DNA of 55,013 nucleotides, from NCBI GenBank assembly GCA_004552395.1, contig SFOK01000001.1, forward strand, positions 1 to 55,013, in the 5' to 3' direction. The DNA is from Bacteroidales bacterium. GTDB lineage: Bacteria > Bacteroidota > Bacteroidia > Bacteroidales > Muribaculaceae. Shown here in pieces: positions 20,542 through 30,840 of the stretch (position 1 is its first letter; each line of letters opens with the position of its first letter). The position numbers were made by a program, and so were the translations under genes. The notes below the pieces were generated by a model, which saw only the letters and a list, made by a program, of their open reading frames with translations, was not told the origin of the DNA and searched no databases.

Positions 20542-21066
20542 TCAGAGCATTCGCAGATATTCGAGCTCCTCGGCTATCTCGCGGCCCGTGAGGGTGCGCC
20601 GGCGTCCTATGGTGCCCGCGAACTTGTCGATAAGCGGATGCAGACGCAGATTGCCGAAGATGCGGCGCGAGTAGGAGACCACTCTCGAGAAAACCTGCTC
20701 TATCTCGTCGTCGTCGAGGTCAAGAGTCTCTTTACCCTCGGCGCCGATAGCCTCGCGCAGCGGCTCCAGGAGCTCGTCGGCCGGCGAGATATGCTCATGC
20801 ACATAGCAGCGCGAGAGCACATTGGAGACGGCGAGTACCGATGTGAGCTGATAATTCTCCGTCAGTTTGCGGCGCACGGCCTTGGGGCTCGCCGACTGGG
20901 AGCCTAAGTAATAGAATTCGTTGGAAAAAGTCACCATGGGGCCGTCGCTGTCAAGCGATATGGAGGCCACACGGTCGAGTGCGTCCATGTAGGCGAGGGC
21001 CACAGCCATTCCGGTGAGTCCGTAGGTGCGGTCCTCCTCGTTCTTGTATGAAAGCGGATTGTCCAT
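20542..21066 (-). CDS. Hypothetical protein, possibly a degenerate peptidase M41 (FtsH protease domain) fold
   Basis: 174 aa with coding-like composition; see findings for the motif comparison. Confidence 0.75.
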   Translation of the reverse strand: MDNPLSYKNEEDRTYGLTGMAVALAYMDALDRVASISLDSDGPMVTFSNEFYYLGSQSASPKAVRRKLTENYQLTSVLAVSNVLSRCYVHEHISPADELLEPLREAIGAEGKETLDLDDDEIEQVFSRVVSYSRRIFGNLRLHPLIDKFAGTIGRRRTLTGREIAEELEYLRML

Positions 21067-21254
21067 CTCTTTTGTTGAATCAAATAATCGGCATCGCTGC
21101 GCCCACGATTCCCGGAGCCGCGCCCCGTGCTGAGGCCGGCACAGACTGATGCCTAAGGTAATGGCGGTGGCAGGGAACCGCCGTATTCAATTAACCTGCC
21201 CGGCGGCCGGAATGTTCATTTCCGCCGCCGGGTTCGTGCCGGAGGAGCGGAAGG

Positions 21255-23093
21255 TCAGAACAGCAGCGAGACGCCACCCATGGCGCTCAGACCCTCGCCG
21301 GGCATATAAGGCCCGTAGAAGTCGGCAGTGCCTAAGATGTTGTTCAGAGTCGCCCAGACCGAGAAACGCTTCATGAAGGTATAGGAAGCGGTCAGGTAGA
21401 GGTTCGTGATGTCGGGGAGACGGTAGCGGTTGTAGACTTTGTGGCCGTCGGCGATTCTCGTCATCATCTCATCGTTCTCCCAGATGGCACGCACGCCGCG
21501 GTACTGATATCCGAGGTCGAAGTGAAGCTCCTCGATCGGCGTCACACCGGCTTTGGCGTTCACAATCCAGCGCGGACGGTCGTAGCCGTTGAAATAGCCT
21601 TTGTCTTTGTTCTGCGGCTGATAAGCCAGATCGCCGGTGAGCTCGAGCTTGTCGCCCCACTCATAGCGGAGAGCGCCCTGCAGCGAGAAACCTTTCAGCT
21701 TGTAGAAGCCGCCGCAGAAATGGTCTTCGCCGTAGTAAAAGTAGTCAGTGACACAGTTGCGGATCTGCAGTCGTCCGGCCGTGACATTGTCGGTGATCTT
21801 GTAGGCCACGGCTGCCGAAGCGCTCAGGCCGCCGAAGTCGCCCAGCTCGATCTGAGCCTTGGCGTTGATTGGCGAGAAGAGCGGCACGGTGCTCTCTATG
21901 CTGGAAATCTGATAGTTGTCGAGCTGATAGTTGGCCGCCATGGTGCGAAGCTTTGTGCCGCCGGTTGCCGACAGCGAGCCGGTGAACTTGCCTGACTGAG
22001 CGGACAGTGTCACATCGGGAGCCACATGGAAGTGACCGAAGTCAGGGTTCTGAAGCGCATCCCAGGGTCCGTGACCGGCGTTGGGCGTCCAGTCGAAACG
22101 GGCGCCGAGGTGTATACCCACACCGTCGCCGCTGTAGGCGTAGTAAGGCGCGAAGGCCACGCGGCCGTAGGTGATACCCTCTTTCTCTTTGTCTGACTCC
22201 GAGATATGGTCGAAGTAATCGCTGTAGCTCGGCGATTCATACATGACCATCACCTGAGGGCCGGAGAAGCCGTAGCCCACCAGGTTGGCCGTGAGCTGAA
22301 GTCCGGCGCTGTTCTCGGCATCGAATTTATATGCGCCGAAGCCTGACAGCTCGAGATTGTTCTCGTGGGCCGCCGGGTAATATTCATCGTAGCGGTTGTT
22401 GTAGCCGAAGAAATGATCCGATAGCCGCACGGCGCCATCGAAACCTATCTCGCCGCAGACGGGCCGGAAGGCCATACTCGCCTTCAGGTCGTTAAGATTC
22501 TGCTTCTTAAACTGATCTCCGCGCGGGAAATCCTCTTCGATCTGAGAGTGGTAATAGTTGAAGTGCGAGAAGTGATAGCGTATGTCGGCCTGCAGCGTCC
22601 CTATCCCGTCCAAGAGATGCGAACCGTAGAAACCGACCCACTCATCGGTGCGGTGGCGCTTGAGCTCCTTGCCGTTCTCGCCGATAGCTCCCGGCTTGAA
22701 GCCGTAGGATGAGTTATGCTCCAGCCAGGCGCCGAAGGTCGTGGTGCTGTTGTTGATGAAGCGGTATCCGGCCGAACCGGTTATGTCCATGTATGAACCG
22801 GCGCCGAGACGCACGTAGCCGGGCAGACGCGAGAACTCTTTCGAGGCCCGCCAGGGAGTGGCCGGCATAGGCGCATAGAGCGGATTGATCTGTGTGATTA
22901 CACCCTCGGCGGCTATCTTGAGCGGGTCGGCTGTGAGCGACAGGTCGGGTGTGGAGGGGAGAGCGGCGAGACGGTCGTGGCTGCGAAGTGTCGGCAGATA
23001 ACCGGCTTCCACACTCACGTTGCCGCTGAGGTTCTGGGCCTGAGCGGTGCCCGCTGCCATCAGGAGAGTATATAGCAAGATATATTTTTTCAT
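21255..23093 (-). CDS. Outer-membrane beta-barrel protein (TonB-dependent receptor-like)
   Basis: Signal peptide ending AQA-Q, amphipathic aromatic-rich strands, NNIL motif, terminal Phe (GGVSLLF). Confidence 0.8.
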   Translation of the reverse strand: MKKYILLYTLLMAAGTAQAQNLSGNVSVEAGYLPTLRSHDRLAALPSTPDLSLTADPLKIAAEGVITQINPLYAPMPATPWRASKEFSRLPGYVRLGAGSYMDITGSAGYRFINNSTTTFGAWLEHNSSYGFKPGAIGENGKELKRHRTDEWVGFYGSHLLDGIGTLQADIRYHFSHFNYYHSQIEEDFPRGDQFKKQNLNDLKASMAFRPVCGEIGFDGAVRLSDHFFGYNNRYDEYYPAAHENNLELSGFGAYKFDAENSAGLQLTANLVGYGFSGPQVMVMYESPSYSDYFDHISESDKEKEGITYGRVAFAPYYAYSGDGVGIHLGARFDWTPNAGHGPWDALQNPDFGHFHVAPDVTLSAQSGKFTGSLSATGGTKLRTMAANYQLDNYQISSIESTVPLFSPINAKAQIELGDFGGLSASAAVAYKITDNVTAGRLQIRNCVTDYFYYGEDHFCGGFYKLKGFSLQGALRYEWGDKLELTGDLAYQPQNKDKGYFNGYDRPRWIVNAKAGVTPIEELHFDLGYQYRGVRAIWENDEMMTRIADGHKVYNRYRLPDITNLYLTASYTFMKRFSVWATLNNILGTADFYGPYMPGEGLSAMGGVSLLF

Positions 23094-23135
23094 GACAATA
23101 TGTTTTTTATCACGATATATGTTGTTTCTGTTTTA

Positions 23136-23476
23136 GAGCTTGTTTAATAAAAAATGTTAACGCTGAGGGCGGCTATCGTCCGGATAAAATCGATGGAAGT
23201 CGAAGGAGCGTAGCGAGCTACGTGACTGAGACGCGCGGAGATTTTAGCGGACGAGAGACGGACAAAGGCGACTTTTCTTGTTAATACGGCTCATCAGAAA
23301 ATGAAATTATTGTAAATGTCAGCATATAATTGTAAAAATTAGTATTGGACTCGCTGAGCTGCGCATCTGCGACTTCTTGCCTCGGTCACGTAGCTCGCTA
23401 CGTTCCTTCGTCTGCGAAGCCACATCTGCATCATCCCAGCGACCCTCAGTATTAACATTTTTTATTAAACAAGCTC
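23136..23476. mobile_element. MITE-like non-autonomous element, copy B (341 bp)
   Basis: Terminal inverted repeats GAGCTTGTTTAATAAAAAATGTTAA (25 bp perfect, 32/34 overall); TTA target duplication at 23133-23135 and 23477-23479; inner 30-bp inverted repeats at 23201-23230 and 23381-23410 (28/30). Confidence 0.85.
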
Positions 23477-23537
23477 TTAGTTTGCGAGGCTTCCGGAGCT
23501 GCGTAGATCCGGTCCTCAATGAGCCGGGCCGGCCGGG

Positions 23538-26500
23538 TTATTTCAGTTTGGCCAGACGGGTCCGGATCATCTCGGCGATATCCTCCTCGTCGCCGGGATA
23601 GTTGCTCTGCAGCGCCTTCAGATACTCCTTGGCCTTGTAAGTGTCGCCCTGAGCGGAGAAAGCGTCGGAGAGCGCTATGTAGCCGCGGGCCATCCAGTAC
23701 TGCTCCTCGGTGTCGGAGTCGATGAACTGCTGCAGCTCCTTCTGAGCCTGGGCTGCCTTACCCTGGCGCAGCAGTATCTCGCTTATGGTCACCGCCGCCT
23801 GCGCGCCCTCGGCCGTTGACGGCTCCGAGGCGAGCGGCCGCAGTGTGCGGATAGCCTCGTCGAGACGGCCCAAACGGCGCTTAGCCAGACCCTTGCAGAG
23901 TGTGGCCGCGGTCACGTCTTCCGATGCGGCGCCGGAGAGCGACAGCAGTCGGTCGGCGTAGGCTATCTGTTCTTCGGGCGTGGAGGCTGTCTCCATAAGG
24001 CCGCGGTAAGCGTCGGGGGCTGTGGCTGCCGAGCCTGTGGCCAGAAGCTGCTTCCACACGGCGGCTGCCTCTGCGGCCCGTCCGCTGTCCTGAAGTATCT
24101 GAGCCTTAAGGCTGTAGGCCGAGGGTATCTGCGACGAGTCGGGCCATCCGGCCGTCAGCTTGTCGAGATACTGTAGTGCCGCGGTGTCGTCGCCCTTATC
24201 CGAAGCGTCGTAAGCGAGCAGATAAAGCACGGCCGGAGCCTGCACGCTGTTGGGATAACGCGCCAGATAATCGCGCAGAGCCGATGTGTCGGCCGGGTTC
24301 TTCTCATACTGCTTGTAAGCCGAGCGGTAAGTGAGCTCGTCCATCTCCGAAGCGTCGGGACGCGGAGCGCGCGGCACAGTGTCGAGGAAGGAGAGGTACC
24401 CCTGCAGGTCGCCCATTTGCGTGTAGATGGTCTTCAGATCCGACGAGGCGCGCGAGGCCTCAGCGCTTGTGGGCCAGCGGCGTATGATATTCTTGTAGGC
24501 GTCTATGGCTTTGCCCTGGTCCCCCTTCTCGGCATAAGCGGCCGCCAGATTCAGAGCCGCCTGGCGCGACTGTACGGTCGACGAAGCCTCGGTGTCGAGC
24601 TGCGAGGCTATCTTGCGGGCTGCGTCGATGTCCCCCTTGGCTATGTAGGCTTGCGAGAGCTCAAGCAGAGCGTCGTTGTGCCATTGTGAGTCGGGAAATT
24701 TGGCGAGCATGGAGCGCAGAGCCTCGATCTTGCCGGTCTGGTCGCCCCTCACGCCCAGCATGTTGGCATACTGGAAAGCGGCGTAGTCGGAACTGGCCGA
24801 CGCCGGATCGTCGCCCATGGCGCGGTATTCCTGCATGGCTGAGGTCACATTGCCGTTGTAATAGTCGCAGTCGGCGGCACGGAGCCGGGCGTCGGAAGCC
24901 AGACGCGAAGGGAGGGCCGGCGAGGCCTTCAGAGCCTGCAGGAAATATTTGCGGGCTTCGGAGAACTTCTGCTCCTGATAGAGCGAGTAGCCCAGGTTGT
25001 AGAGGCCCAGGGCGCGGTTGCCCGATCCGTTGCGGACACTCTTCAGATAGCGCTTGTAGACATCGGAAGCCGCGCGGTATTTCTTCTGCGCGTAGAGGGC
25101 GTCGCCCTCCCAGAGCAGAGCCTCGGCGGCAAGGTCGGAGTCGTAGCGGTGCAGCTCGGCGGCGCGCTCCATATACCCGGCTGCAGCGGAGTAGTCGGAG
25201 CTGCCCGCGGCCTTCATGCCGAGCTGGAAAAGTATCTTCTGCTTCGAGGCGAGCACCTGCCGCGACGGGTTGCGCAGACGCTCGGTGTGAGCGAGTGCCG
25301 CCTCGTAGTTATGGTCGTTGTAGTAAGCCGCTGCCAGGTATTCGTCGACCTTGGCGGCGTAGGGAGAGTCGGGATATTTGCGTATGAAATCCTCCATGAG
25401 CGGAGCCGACGAAGCGAACGGCACCGAACCGCCGCTGATCGTGGCCACCACATAGTCGTAGAGCGCCGTTTCGGTGACCCTGGGGTCCCACCGCATGTCG
25501 TAGGCGCGGCGGAAGCTCATGGCTGCCTCGGTGTAGTCCTTGCGGGCCGAGGCTATCTGGCCGAGATAGAGATATGCGCTTTGGGCCAGATATTCGCCCT
25601 CGTCGGTCACTTGCGCGAAGAGGCGCGCGGCCTCGCTCAGGTCACTTTCGTCGTAGCGTATGGTGCCGAGCTCGTAGAGGGCTGTGGGGAGTGGTGATGA
25701 TGTCTTTTCGACATAGCGCTGCAGGAAAGGCGCGGCTTTCTGCTTGCGGCCCACGGCGAAATAGCTCTCGCCGGTGATACGCGTGAGCTCCTGTTCCCAT
25801 TCGGGATTAGCCCGCACTATGGCGTCGTAGTCGAGCGAGAGCACATAGTCGTAGTCACCCTCGCGGAATGCTATCTGAGCCAGGTAATAGGGCACTCCGA
25901 GCTGCGAGGCGTAAGGCTCGCCCACGGAGCGGAAGCCTGCTTTGGCCTTCTCGCAGCTTCCCTCGGCATAGTCTATGTAGGCCAGGTAGAAACGGGCCGG
26001 CTCGCGGTAGGTGCCGGTGCGCTCAAGATGCCGGAATGTTACTGCGGCCTCGGAGAGATACCCGGTGCGGATCTGCGAGAGGGCCAGACGGTAGGCGTAG
26101 AGGTCGGCGCGGGCCGGCGAAAGGGCCGACAAGTCTATGGCCGAATATTCCCGCACGGCCGCCGGATAGTCTCCGCGGAAGAATGAGAAGTCGGCGCCGA
26201 GCAGACGTGCCTCCACCGACAGAGGCCCCTCGGGATACTCCCTGAGGAACTGCTGCCGGAGGGCGCGGAACTCGGTCTCGTCGCCGCGCTCAAAGAGGGC
26301 GCGGAGCATCAGCGCCATAGCCTGCTGGCGCTGCGTCACCGGCGCTGCCGCGAGTGCCTGGGACCAGAGCGGCGCGTCCTCGCCCAAAGCCTGGGTGAGA
26401 CGGTCGATCACTCCGGCATAGTTCTTCTCGTCCCACATCTGTCGTGCGCGGGCGAAGGAGCTGTCGGCTGTGGAGCCGGTCAGCGGCGCGGGAAGCGGCT

Positions 26501-26597
26501 CGAAAGCCGAAGCCGGTGACGCCGCGGTGCCGCCGGCAAGCATGCCGCAGGCTATCAGAAGCCGGGCTGCTGTATGGCGTGAGTTCTGTTTTCTCAT
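23538..26597 (-). CDS. Large exported tetratricopeptide repeat protein
   Basis: Signal peptide; many TPR units (e.g. ALGLYNLGYSLYQEQKFSEARKYF); C-terminal YWMARGYIALSD. Confidence 0.9.
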   Translation of the reverse strand: MRKQNSRHTAARLLIACGMLAGGTAASPASAFEPLPAPLTGSTADSSFARARQMWDEKNYAGVIDRLTQALGEDAPLWSQALAAAPVTQRQQAMALMLRALFERGDETEFRALRQQFLREYPEGPLSVEARLLGADFSFFRGDYPAAVREYSAIDLSALSPARADLYAYRLALSQIRTGYLSEAAVTFRHLERTGTYREPARFYLAYIDYAEGSCEKAKAGFRSVGEPYASQLGVPYYLAQIAFREGDYDYVLSLDYDAIVRANPEWEQELTRITGESYFAVGRKQKAAPFLQRYVEKTSSPLPTALYELGTIRYDESDLSEAARLFAQVTDEGEYLAQSAYLYLGQIASARKDYTEAAMSFRRAYDMRWDPRVTETALYDYVVATISGGSVPFASSAPLMEDFIRKYPDSPYAAKVDEYLAAAYYNDHNYEAALAHTERLRNPSRQVLASKQKILFQLGMKAAGSSDYSAAAGYMERAAELHRYDSDLAAEALLWEGDALYAQKKYRAASDVYKRYLKSVRNGSGNRALGLYNLGYSLYQEQKFSEARKYFLQALKASPALPSRLASDARLRAADCDYYNGNVTSAMQEYRAMGDDPASASSDYAAFQYANMLGVRGDQTGKIEALRSMLAKFPDSQWHNDALLELSQAYIAKGDIDAARKIASQLDTEASSTVQSRQAALNLAAAYAEKGDQGKAIDAYKNIIRRWPTSAEASRASSDLKTIYTQMGDLQGYLSFLDTVPRAPRPDASEMDELTYRSAYKQYEKNPADTSALRDYLARYPNSVQAPAVLYLLAYDASDKGDDTAALQYLDKLTAGWPDSSQIPSAYSLKAQILQDSGRAAEAAAVWKQLLATGSAATAPDAYRGLMETASTPEEQIAYADRLLSLSGAASEDVTAATLCKGLAKRRLGRLDEAIRTLRPLASEPSTAEGAQAAVTISEILLRQGKAAQAQKELQQFIDSDTEEQYWMARGYIALSDAFSAQGDTYKAKEYLKALQSNYPGDEEDIAEMIRTRLAKLK

Positions 26598-26616
26598 AGT
26601 TATATCTTTTGGTCGG

Positions 26617-29274
26617 CTATTTGCCGGTGAGTATCGATTTGAGGTTAGACAGGGCCTGGAGCGCCTGCAGGGGAGTGAGGTTGTTTATGTCGAGGGTCAG
26701 TATCTCGTCGCGTATCTGCGCGAGAACAGGGTCGTCGAGCTGGAAGAAGGAGAGCTGCATGCCCGAAGAGGCTCCGGCCGCGAGCGAGGCTGTGTCGGGC
26801 TTCGATGCCCGCGCGGGACCGTTCTTGGCGTCAGTGCTCTCGGATCCGGCCGGAGCTTTCGCGCCGGTGGCCTCGAGCTGACGGAGCACCGCGTCGGCAC
26901 GTTTCACAATCGAAGGGGGCATGCCGGCTATGCGGGCCACATGGATACCGAAGCTGTGGGCACTCCCTCCCGGCACTAACTTGCGCAGGAACACCACCTT
27001 ACCGTCGGTCTCCTGCACCGAGACGTTGAAGTTGTGGATGCGCTCGTAGAGCTTCTCCATCTCGTTGAGCTCGTGGTAATGAGTGGCGAAGAGTGTCTTG
27101 GGCCGCGCAGTGCTGTTCTGGTGGATATGCTCCACAATAGCCCAGGCTATCGATATGCCGTCGTAAGTCGAGGTGCCTCGGCCGAGCTCGTCGAAGAGCA
27201 CCAGGGAGCGGTCGGTCATGTTGTTGAGGATGGCCGCCGCCTCGTTCATCTCCACCATGAAGGTGGACTCTCCCAGCGATATGTTGTCCGAAGCGCCCAC
27301 ACGGGTGAATATCTTGTCTACCACACCGATACGGGCCGCCTCGGCCGGCACGTAGCAGCCGGTCTGGGCCATAAGCACGATCAGAGCCGTCTGGCGCAGC
27401 AGGGCCGACTTACCGCTCATGTTCGGGCCGGTGATCATCATGATCTGGCACTTGCGGTTGTCGAGCGCCACGGAGTTGGCTATGTAAGGCACGCCGGGAG
27501 GCAGACGCCGCTCGATCACCGGATGGCGTCCCTCGGTGATCTCGATCTCCAGACCGTCGTCGACGGTCGGGCGGCAATAGCGGTATTCCTCGGCCGCCGC
27601 GGCGAAGGCGAGCAGCGTGTCGGTGCGGGCTATCAGAGCCGCGTTGGTCTGTATGTCGTTTAGGTAAGTGCTTGTGAAACAGAGCAGATTGTCGAAGATC
27701 TGGCCTTCGAGTATGGCTATCTTATCCTGCGCTGTCGTGATTTTCTCCTCGAAATCCTTCAGCTCGGGCGTGATGTAGCGCTCGGCGTTCACGAGCGTCT
27801 GCTTGCGTATCCAACTCTCGGGCACCTTCTCTTTGTGAGTGTTGCGCACCTCGAGATAGTAGCCGAACACATTGTTGAAGGCTATCTTGAGCGACGGTAT
27901 GCCGGTGGCGGCTATCTCGCGGTCGAGCATGTCGTGCAGAGCTTTCTGCGATGAGCCGGAGAAATAGCGCAGCTCGTCGAGCTCGGGACTGACTCCCTGA
28001 GCTATATAGTTGCCTTTGGTCTGCGAGAGCGGCGCATCCTCGCGCAGCGTATGCTCTAACTTCTCTATGAGCATGCCGCAGGATTTGAGCCGCTTGGCAA
28101 TAGTCTGAAGCTCCGGACTTTCCGACTGCCCGAGGAGTGTCCTGATGCCGGCCGCGGCCTTCAGCGAGTTTTTGAGCTGAACCAGATCGCGGGGACCGAT
28201 GCGGCGCACGGATACCTTGGCTGCCAGACGCTCCAGATCCCCTATGGCGGCGAGAAGGTCGTGGAGCGAGGCGCGCAGGTCGGGCTCTTTGTAGAAGGCC
28301 GTCACGGTGTCGAGGCGCTCGTTGATCGCCTTCACCTCGCGCAGCGGCTGCTTGATCCATCGCCGGAGCATACGGGCGCCCATAGGCGTCACTGTCTTGT
28401 CGAGATAATCCACAAGACACTTGCCGTCGTCGGAGAGGCACTCGGTGAGCTCGAGGTTGCGGATCGTGAAGCCGTCGAGACTCAGATAGCGCTCCTCGTC
28501 GATGCGGCTCAGCGAGGTGATGTGCCGCAGATGAGTGTGCTGCGTCTGGTCCAGATAATGGAGAATGGCTCCGGCGGCCACGATACCCTGCCGTAGCTGA
28601 GCCACACCGAAACCTTTCAGATTCGAGGTGTGGAAATGTTTGCAGAGACGGTCGGTGGCGGCGTCGGGAGTGAATATCCAGTCGTCGAGCTCGAAGGTGA
28701 AGAACTTGCCGGGGAAGGTCTGCTCCGTCTGCTGCCTGAGACCGCGCAGAATCAGCAACTCCTTGGGAGCTATGTTGTTGAGCAGCTTGGTCACGAACGA
28801 TATGTCGCCTTCGGAGCAGAGGAACTCGCCGGTGGAGATGTCGAGAAAAGCCACACCGATATGCGGCGATCCGTAATGAATGGCGGCCAGAAAGTTGTTC
28901 TCCTTGGTGTTGAGTATGTTGTCGTTGATGTTGACGCCGGGCGTCACAAGCTCGGTGATGCCGCGCTTCACGAGCTTCTTGGTCAGCTTGGGGTCCTCGA
29001 GCTGCTCGCAGATGGCAACCCGCCGGCCGGCCCTCACAAGCTTGGGCAGGTATGTGTCGAGCGCGTGATGCGGGAAACCGGCCAACTCCACCGACGTGGC
29101 GGCGCCGTTGGCCCGGCGTGTCAGTGTGATGCCGAGTATCTCGCTCGCCGTTATGGCATCGTCGGAGAATGTCTCGTAGAAATCGCCGACTCTGAACAGC
29201 AGTATTGCGTCGGGATGCTTCTTCTTCATCTCGAGATACTGTTTCATCAGCGGTGTTTCTGCTATCTTAGCCAT
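26617..29274 (-). CDS. mutS: DNA mismatch repair protein MutS
   Basis: [51 protein letters not shown]. Confidence 0.98.
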   Translation of the reverse strand: MAKIAETPLMKQYLEMKKKHPDAILLFRVGDFYETFSDDAITASEILGITLTRRANGAATSVELAGFPHHALDTYLPKLVRAGRRVAICEQLEDPKLTKKLVKRGITELVTPGVNINDNILNTKENNFLAAIHYGSPHIGVAFLDISTGEFLCSEGDISFVTKLLNNIAPKELLILRGLRQQTEQTFPGKFFTFELDDWIFTPDAATDRLCKHFHTSNLKGFGVAQLRQGIVAAGAILHYLDQTQHTHLRHITSLSRIDEERYLSLDGFTIRNLELTECLSDDGKCLVDYLDKTVTPMGARMLRRWIKQPLREVKAINERLDTVTAFYKEPDLRASLHDLLAAIGDLERLAAKVSVRRIGPRDLVQLKNSLKAAAGIRTLLGQSESPELQTIAKRLKSCGMLIEKLEHTLREDAPLSQTKGNYIAQGVSPELDELRYFSGSSQKALHDMLDREIAATGIPSLKIAFNNVFGYYLEVRNTHKEKVPESWIRKQTLVNAERYITPELKDFEEKITTAQDKIAILEGQIFDNLLCFTSTYLNDIQTNAALIARTDTLLAFAAAAEEYRYCRPTVDDGLEIEITEGRHPVIERRLPPGVPYIANSVALDNRKCQIMMITGPNMSGKSALLRQTALIVLMAQTGCYVPAEAARIGVVDKIFTRVGASDNISLGESTFMVEMNEAAAILNNMTDRSLVLFDELGRGTSTYDGISIAWAIVEHIHQNSTARPKTLFATHYHELNEMEKLYERIHNFNVSVQETDGKVVFLRKLVPGGSAHSFGIHVARIAGMPPSIVKRADAVLRQLEATGAKAPAGSESTDAKNGPARASKPDTASLAAGASSGMQLSFFQLDDPVLAQIRDEILTLDINNLTPLQALQALSNLKSILTGK

Positions 29275-29385
29275 TATCAGTAAGTTGTCGCGGACCTTTT
29301 GTCCGCGCGGAGTGTGCGTGTTGTTAAAAAGTCTTAAAGTCCGGAGGTCGCCGGAGAGGTGTCAGCGGAGGGCCCGGCGAGGGGA

Positions 29386-30693
29386 TCAGCGGGCGTAGTG
29401 GATCTGGGCTTTGCGGGCCACCCGCCAGCGGCCGTCCTCGAAGATCGCTGTGCCGGTGCTGTCGTTCACGATCGTGCGGGCGCCCTGCACCATCTGCAGG
29501 TTGCGGCCTGTGCAGGCTCCGGCCAGGAAGTCGATCGGCATCATGAGGGCGAGCTCATGGACCGACGGGTCGTCGATCACACTGAAGGTGCCGCTGTAGC
29601 CGTCGGCAGTCACCATCTTGAATATCGAGTTGCCCATGCTGAACTGGGCGTCGGCACGCAGGAACACGCCGTCGCTGTTGGCCTGCGAGAGGTATATGAT
29701 GCGGGGCTGCATGGTGCGCCGGCGCTGTGCCGTAGCTGCTGCTGCGGCTGCGCCAAGAGGCGCTCCGGCCTGAGCGGTGCGGATAGGCTGAGGCACAGGC
29801 TGATGCGCCACAGGCTGCTGAGGCTGCGCGGCCGGCTGCTGCGCGGCCTGAAGGGGCTCCAAGGGCTGCTCTGCGGCCTCATGGACAGCCGACGCGGGAC
29901 GGGCCGATGCGTGGCCGCGGGGTCCGCGAGGGTTCTTCTTGTCTTTGCCGGAAGCGCCTTCGGCCTCGTTGAGCTCCTTGCGGTTGCGCGCCATGATCTG
30001 TGTGGCGTAGCCGACCAGTGCGAGCACCACAAGCACAAGCACTATGAGGAAGAAGATGAGCCATCCGTTGCCGCCGGAACTCTTGAGCTCGTGGGAGCCG
30101 GGAGCGGCTTCGCGTTCGCCGTCCTGACCGGGAGCGGCCAAAGGCTCAGTCTCCGGATCGGCTGCTGCGTTCTCCACTTCGTCGATAGCCAAGCTCTCGT
30201 CATCGGTCTTTACAGAGTCGGTAGCCTCCTCGGTTGTCTCTTCGGTAGGCTCTTCGCCGTCGGCCGGGGCAGCGTTCTCATCCTCATTCTCCACCTTGGT
30301 GACAGTGGCAGGGACCTTGCCGAGCGCGCTTTTCAGTCTGCTCTTGCAGAACGATTTGTCCTTGCCCGAAGGTACGGCCAACTCGTAGCGGTTGAGCCAG
30401 AAGGAGGTCATCTTGGCATTGTCCCATTCCTGATAATCGCTCTCTGAAGGGAGACCGCCGAGCGATATTTTCTGCTTGTTGGCCTTGTCGGTGGAGTGCT
30501 GTGCTATAGCCTTGTCGAGGTCGGCGTCGCTGTTGACCACAGCCCCGTCCAGATAGCCCGAACCGGAGTTCATGCTCCTCACGCCCCATTTGAGCACCAG
30601 GGCGCGGGCCCGTTCCATCTCCTGCTTGGTGGCTGCCTGGGAGGCGACAGAAGCTCCGGCAATCAGCAGTATGAGAAGTAAATATTTGCGCAT
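29386..30693 (-). CDS. Single-pass membrane protein; gene 5 of the tubulin/actin cluster
   Basis: Signal peptide ending SQA-A, N-terminal domain, acidic linker, TM GWLIFFLIVLVLVVLALVGYA, basic and Pro/Gln/Ala-rich linker, about 105-aa globular C-terminal domain. Confidence 0.8.
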   Translation of the reverse strand: MRKYLLLILLIAGASVASQAATKQEMERARALVLKWGVRSMNSGSGYLDGAVVNSDADLDKAIAQHSTDKANKQKISLGGLPSESDYQEWDNAKMTSFWLNRYELAVPSGKDKSFCKSRLKSALGKVPATVTKVENEDENAAPADGEEPTEETTEEATDSVKTDDESLAIDEVENAAADPETEPLAAPGQDGEREAAPGSHELKSSGGNGWLIFFLIVLVLVVLALVGYATQIMARNRKELNEAEGASGKDKKNPRGPRGHASARPASAVHEAAEQPLEPLQAAQQPAAQPQQPVAHQPVPQPIRTAQAGAPLGAAAAAATAQRRRTMQPRIIYLSQANSDGVFLRADAQFSMGNSIFKMVTADGYSGTFSVIDDPSVHELALMMPIDFLAGACTGRNLQMVQGARTIVNDSTGTAIFEDGRWRVARKAQIHYAR

Positions 30694-30730
30694 CTTTCTT
30701 TGATATTGTTTTCTGTGACAGTAGGTTGAA

Positions 30731-30834
30731 TTATCAGTGAGAAGTTGTTGGTGAGGAGTGAGTAGCGTGAAGTGAGGAGTTATGAGTGTTTAGTTATCAG
30801 TTATCAGTGAGGAGTGATTATGCATTATGAATTG
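30731..30834. repeat. Degenerate heptamer repeat tract
   Basis: Recurrent TTATCAG, GTGAGGA and TTATGMA 7-mers. Confidence 0.6.
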
Positions 30835-30840
30835 CCTGGC

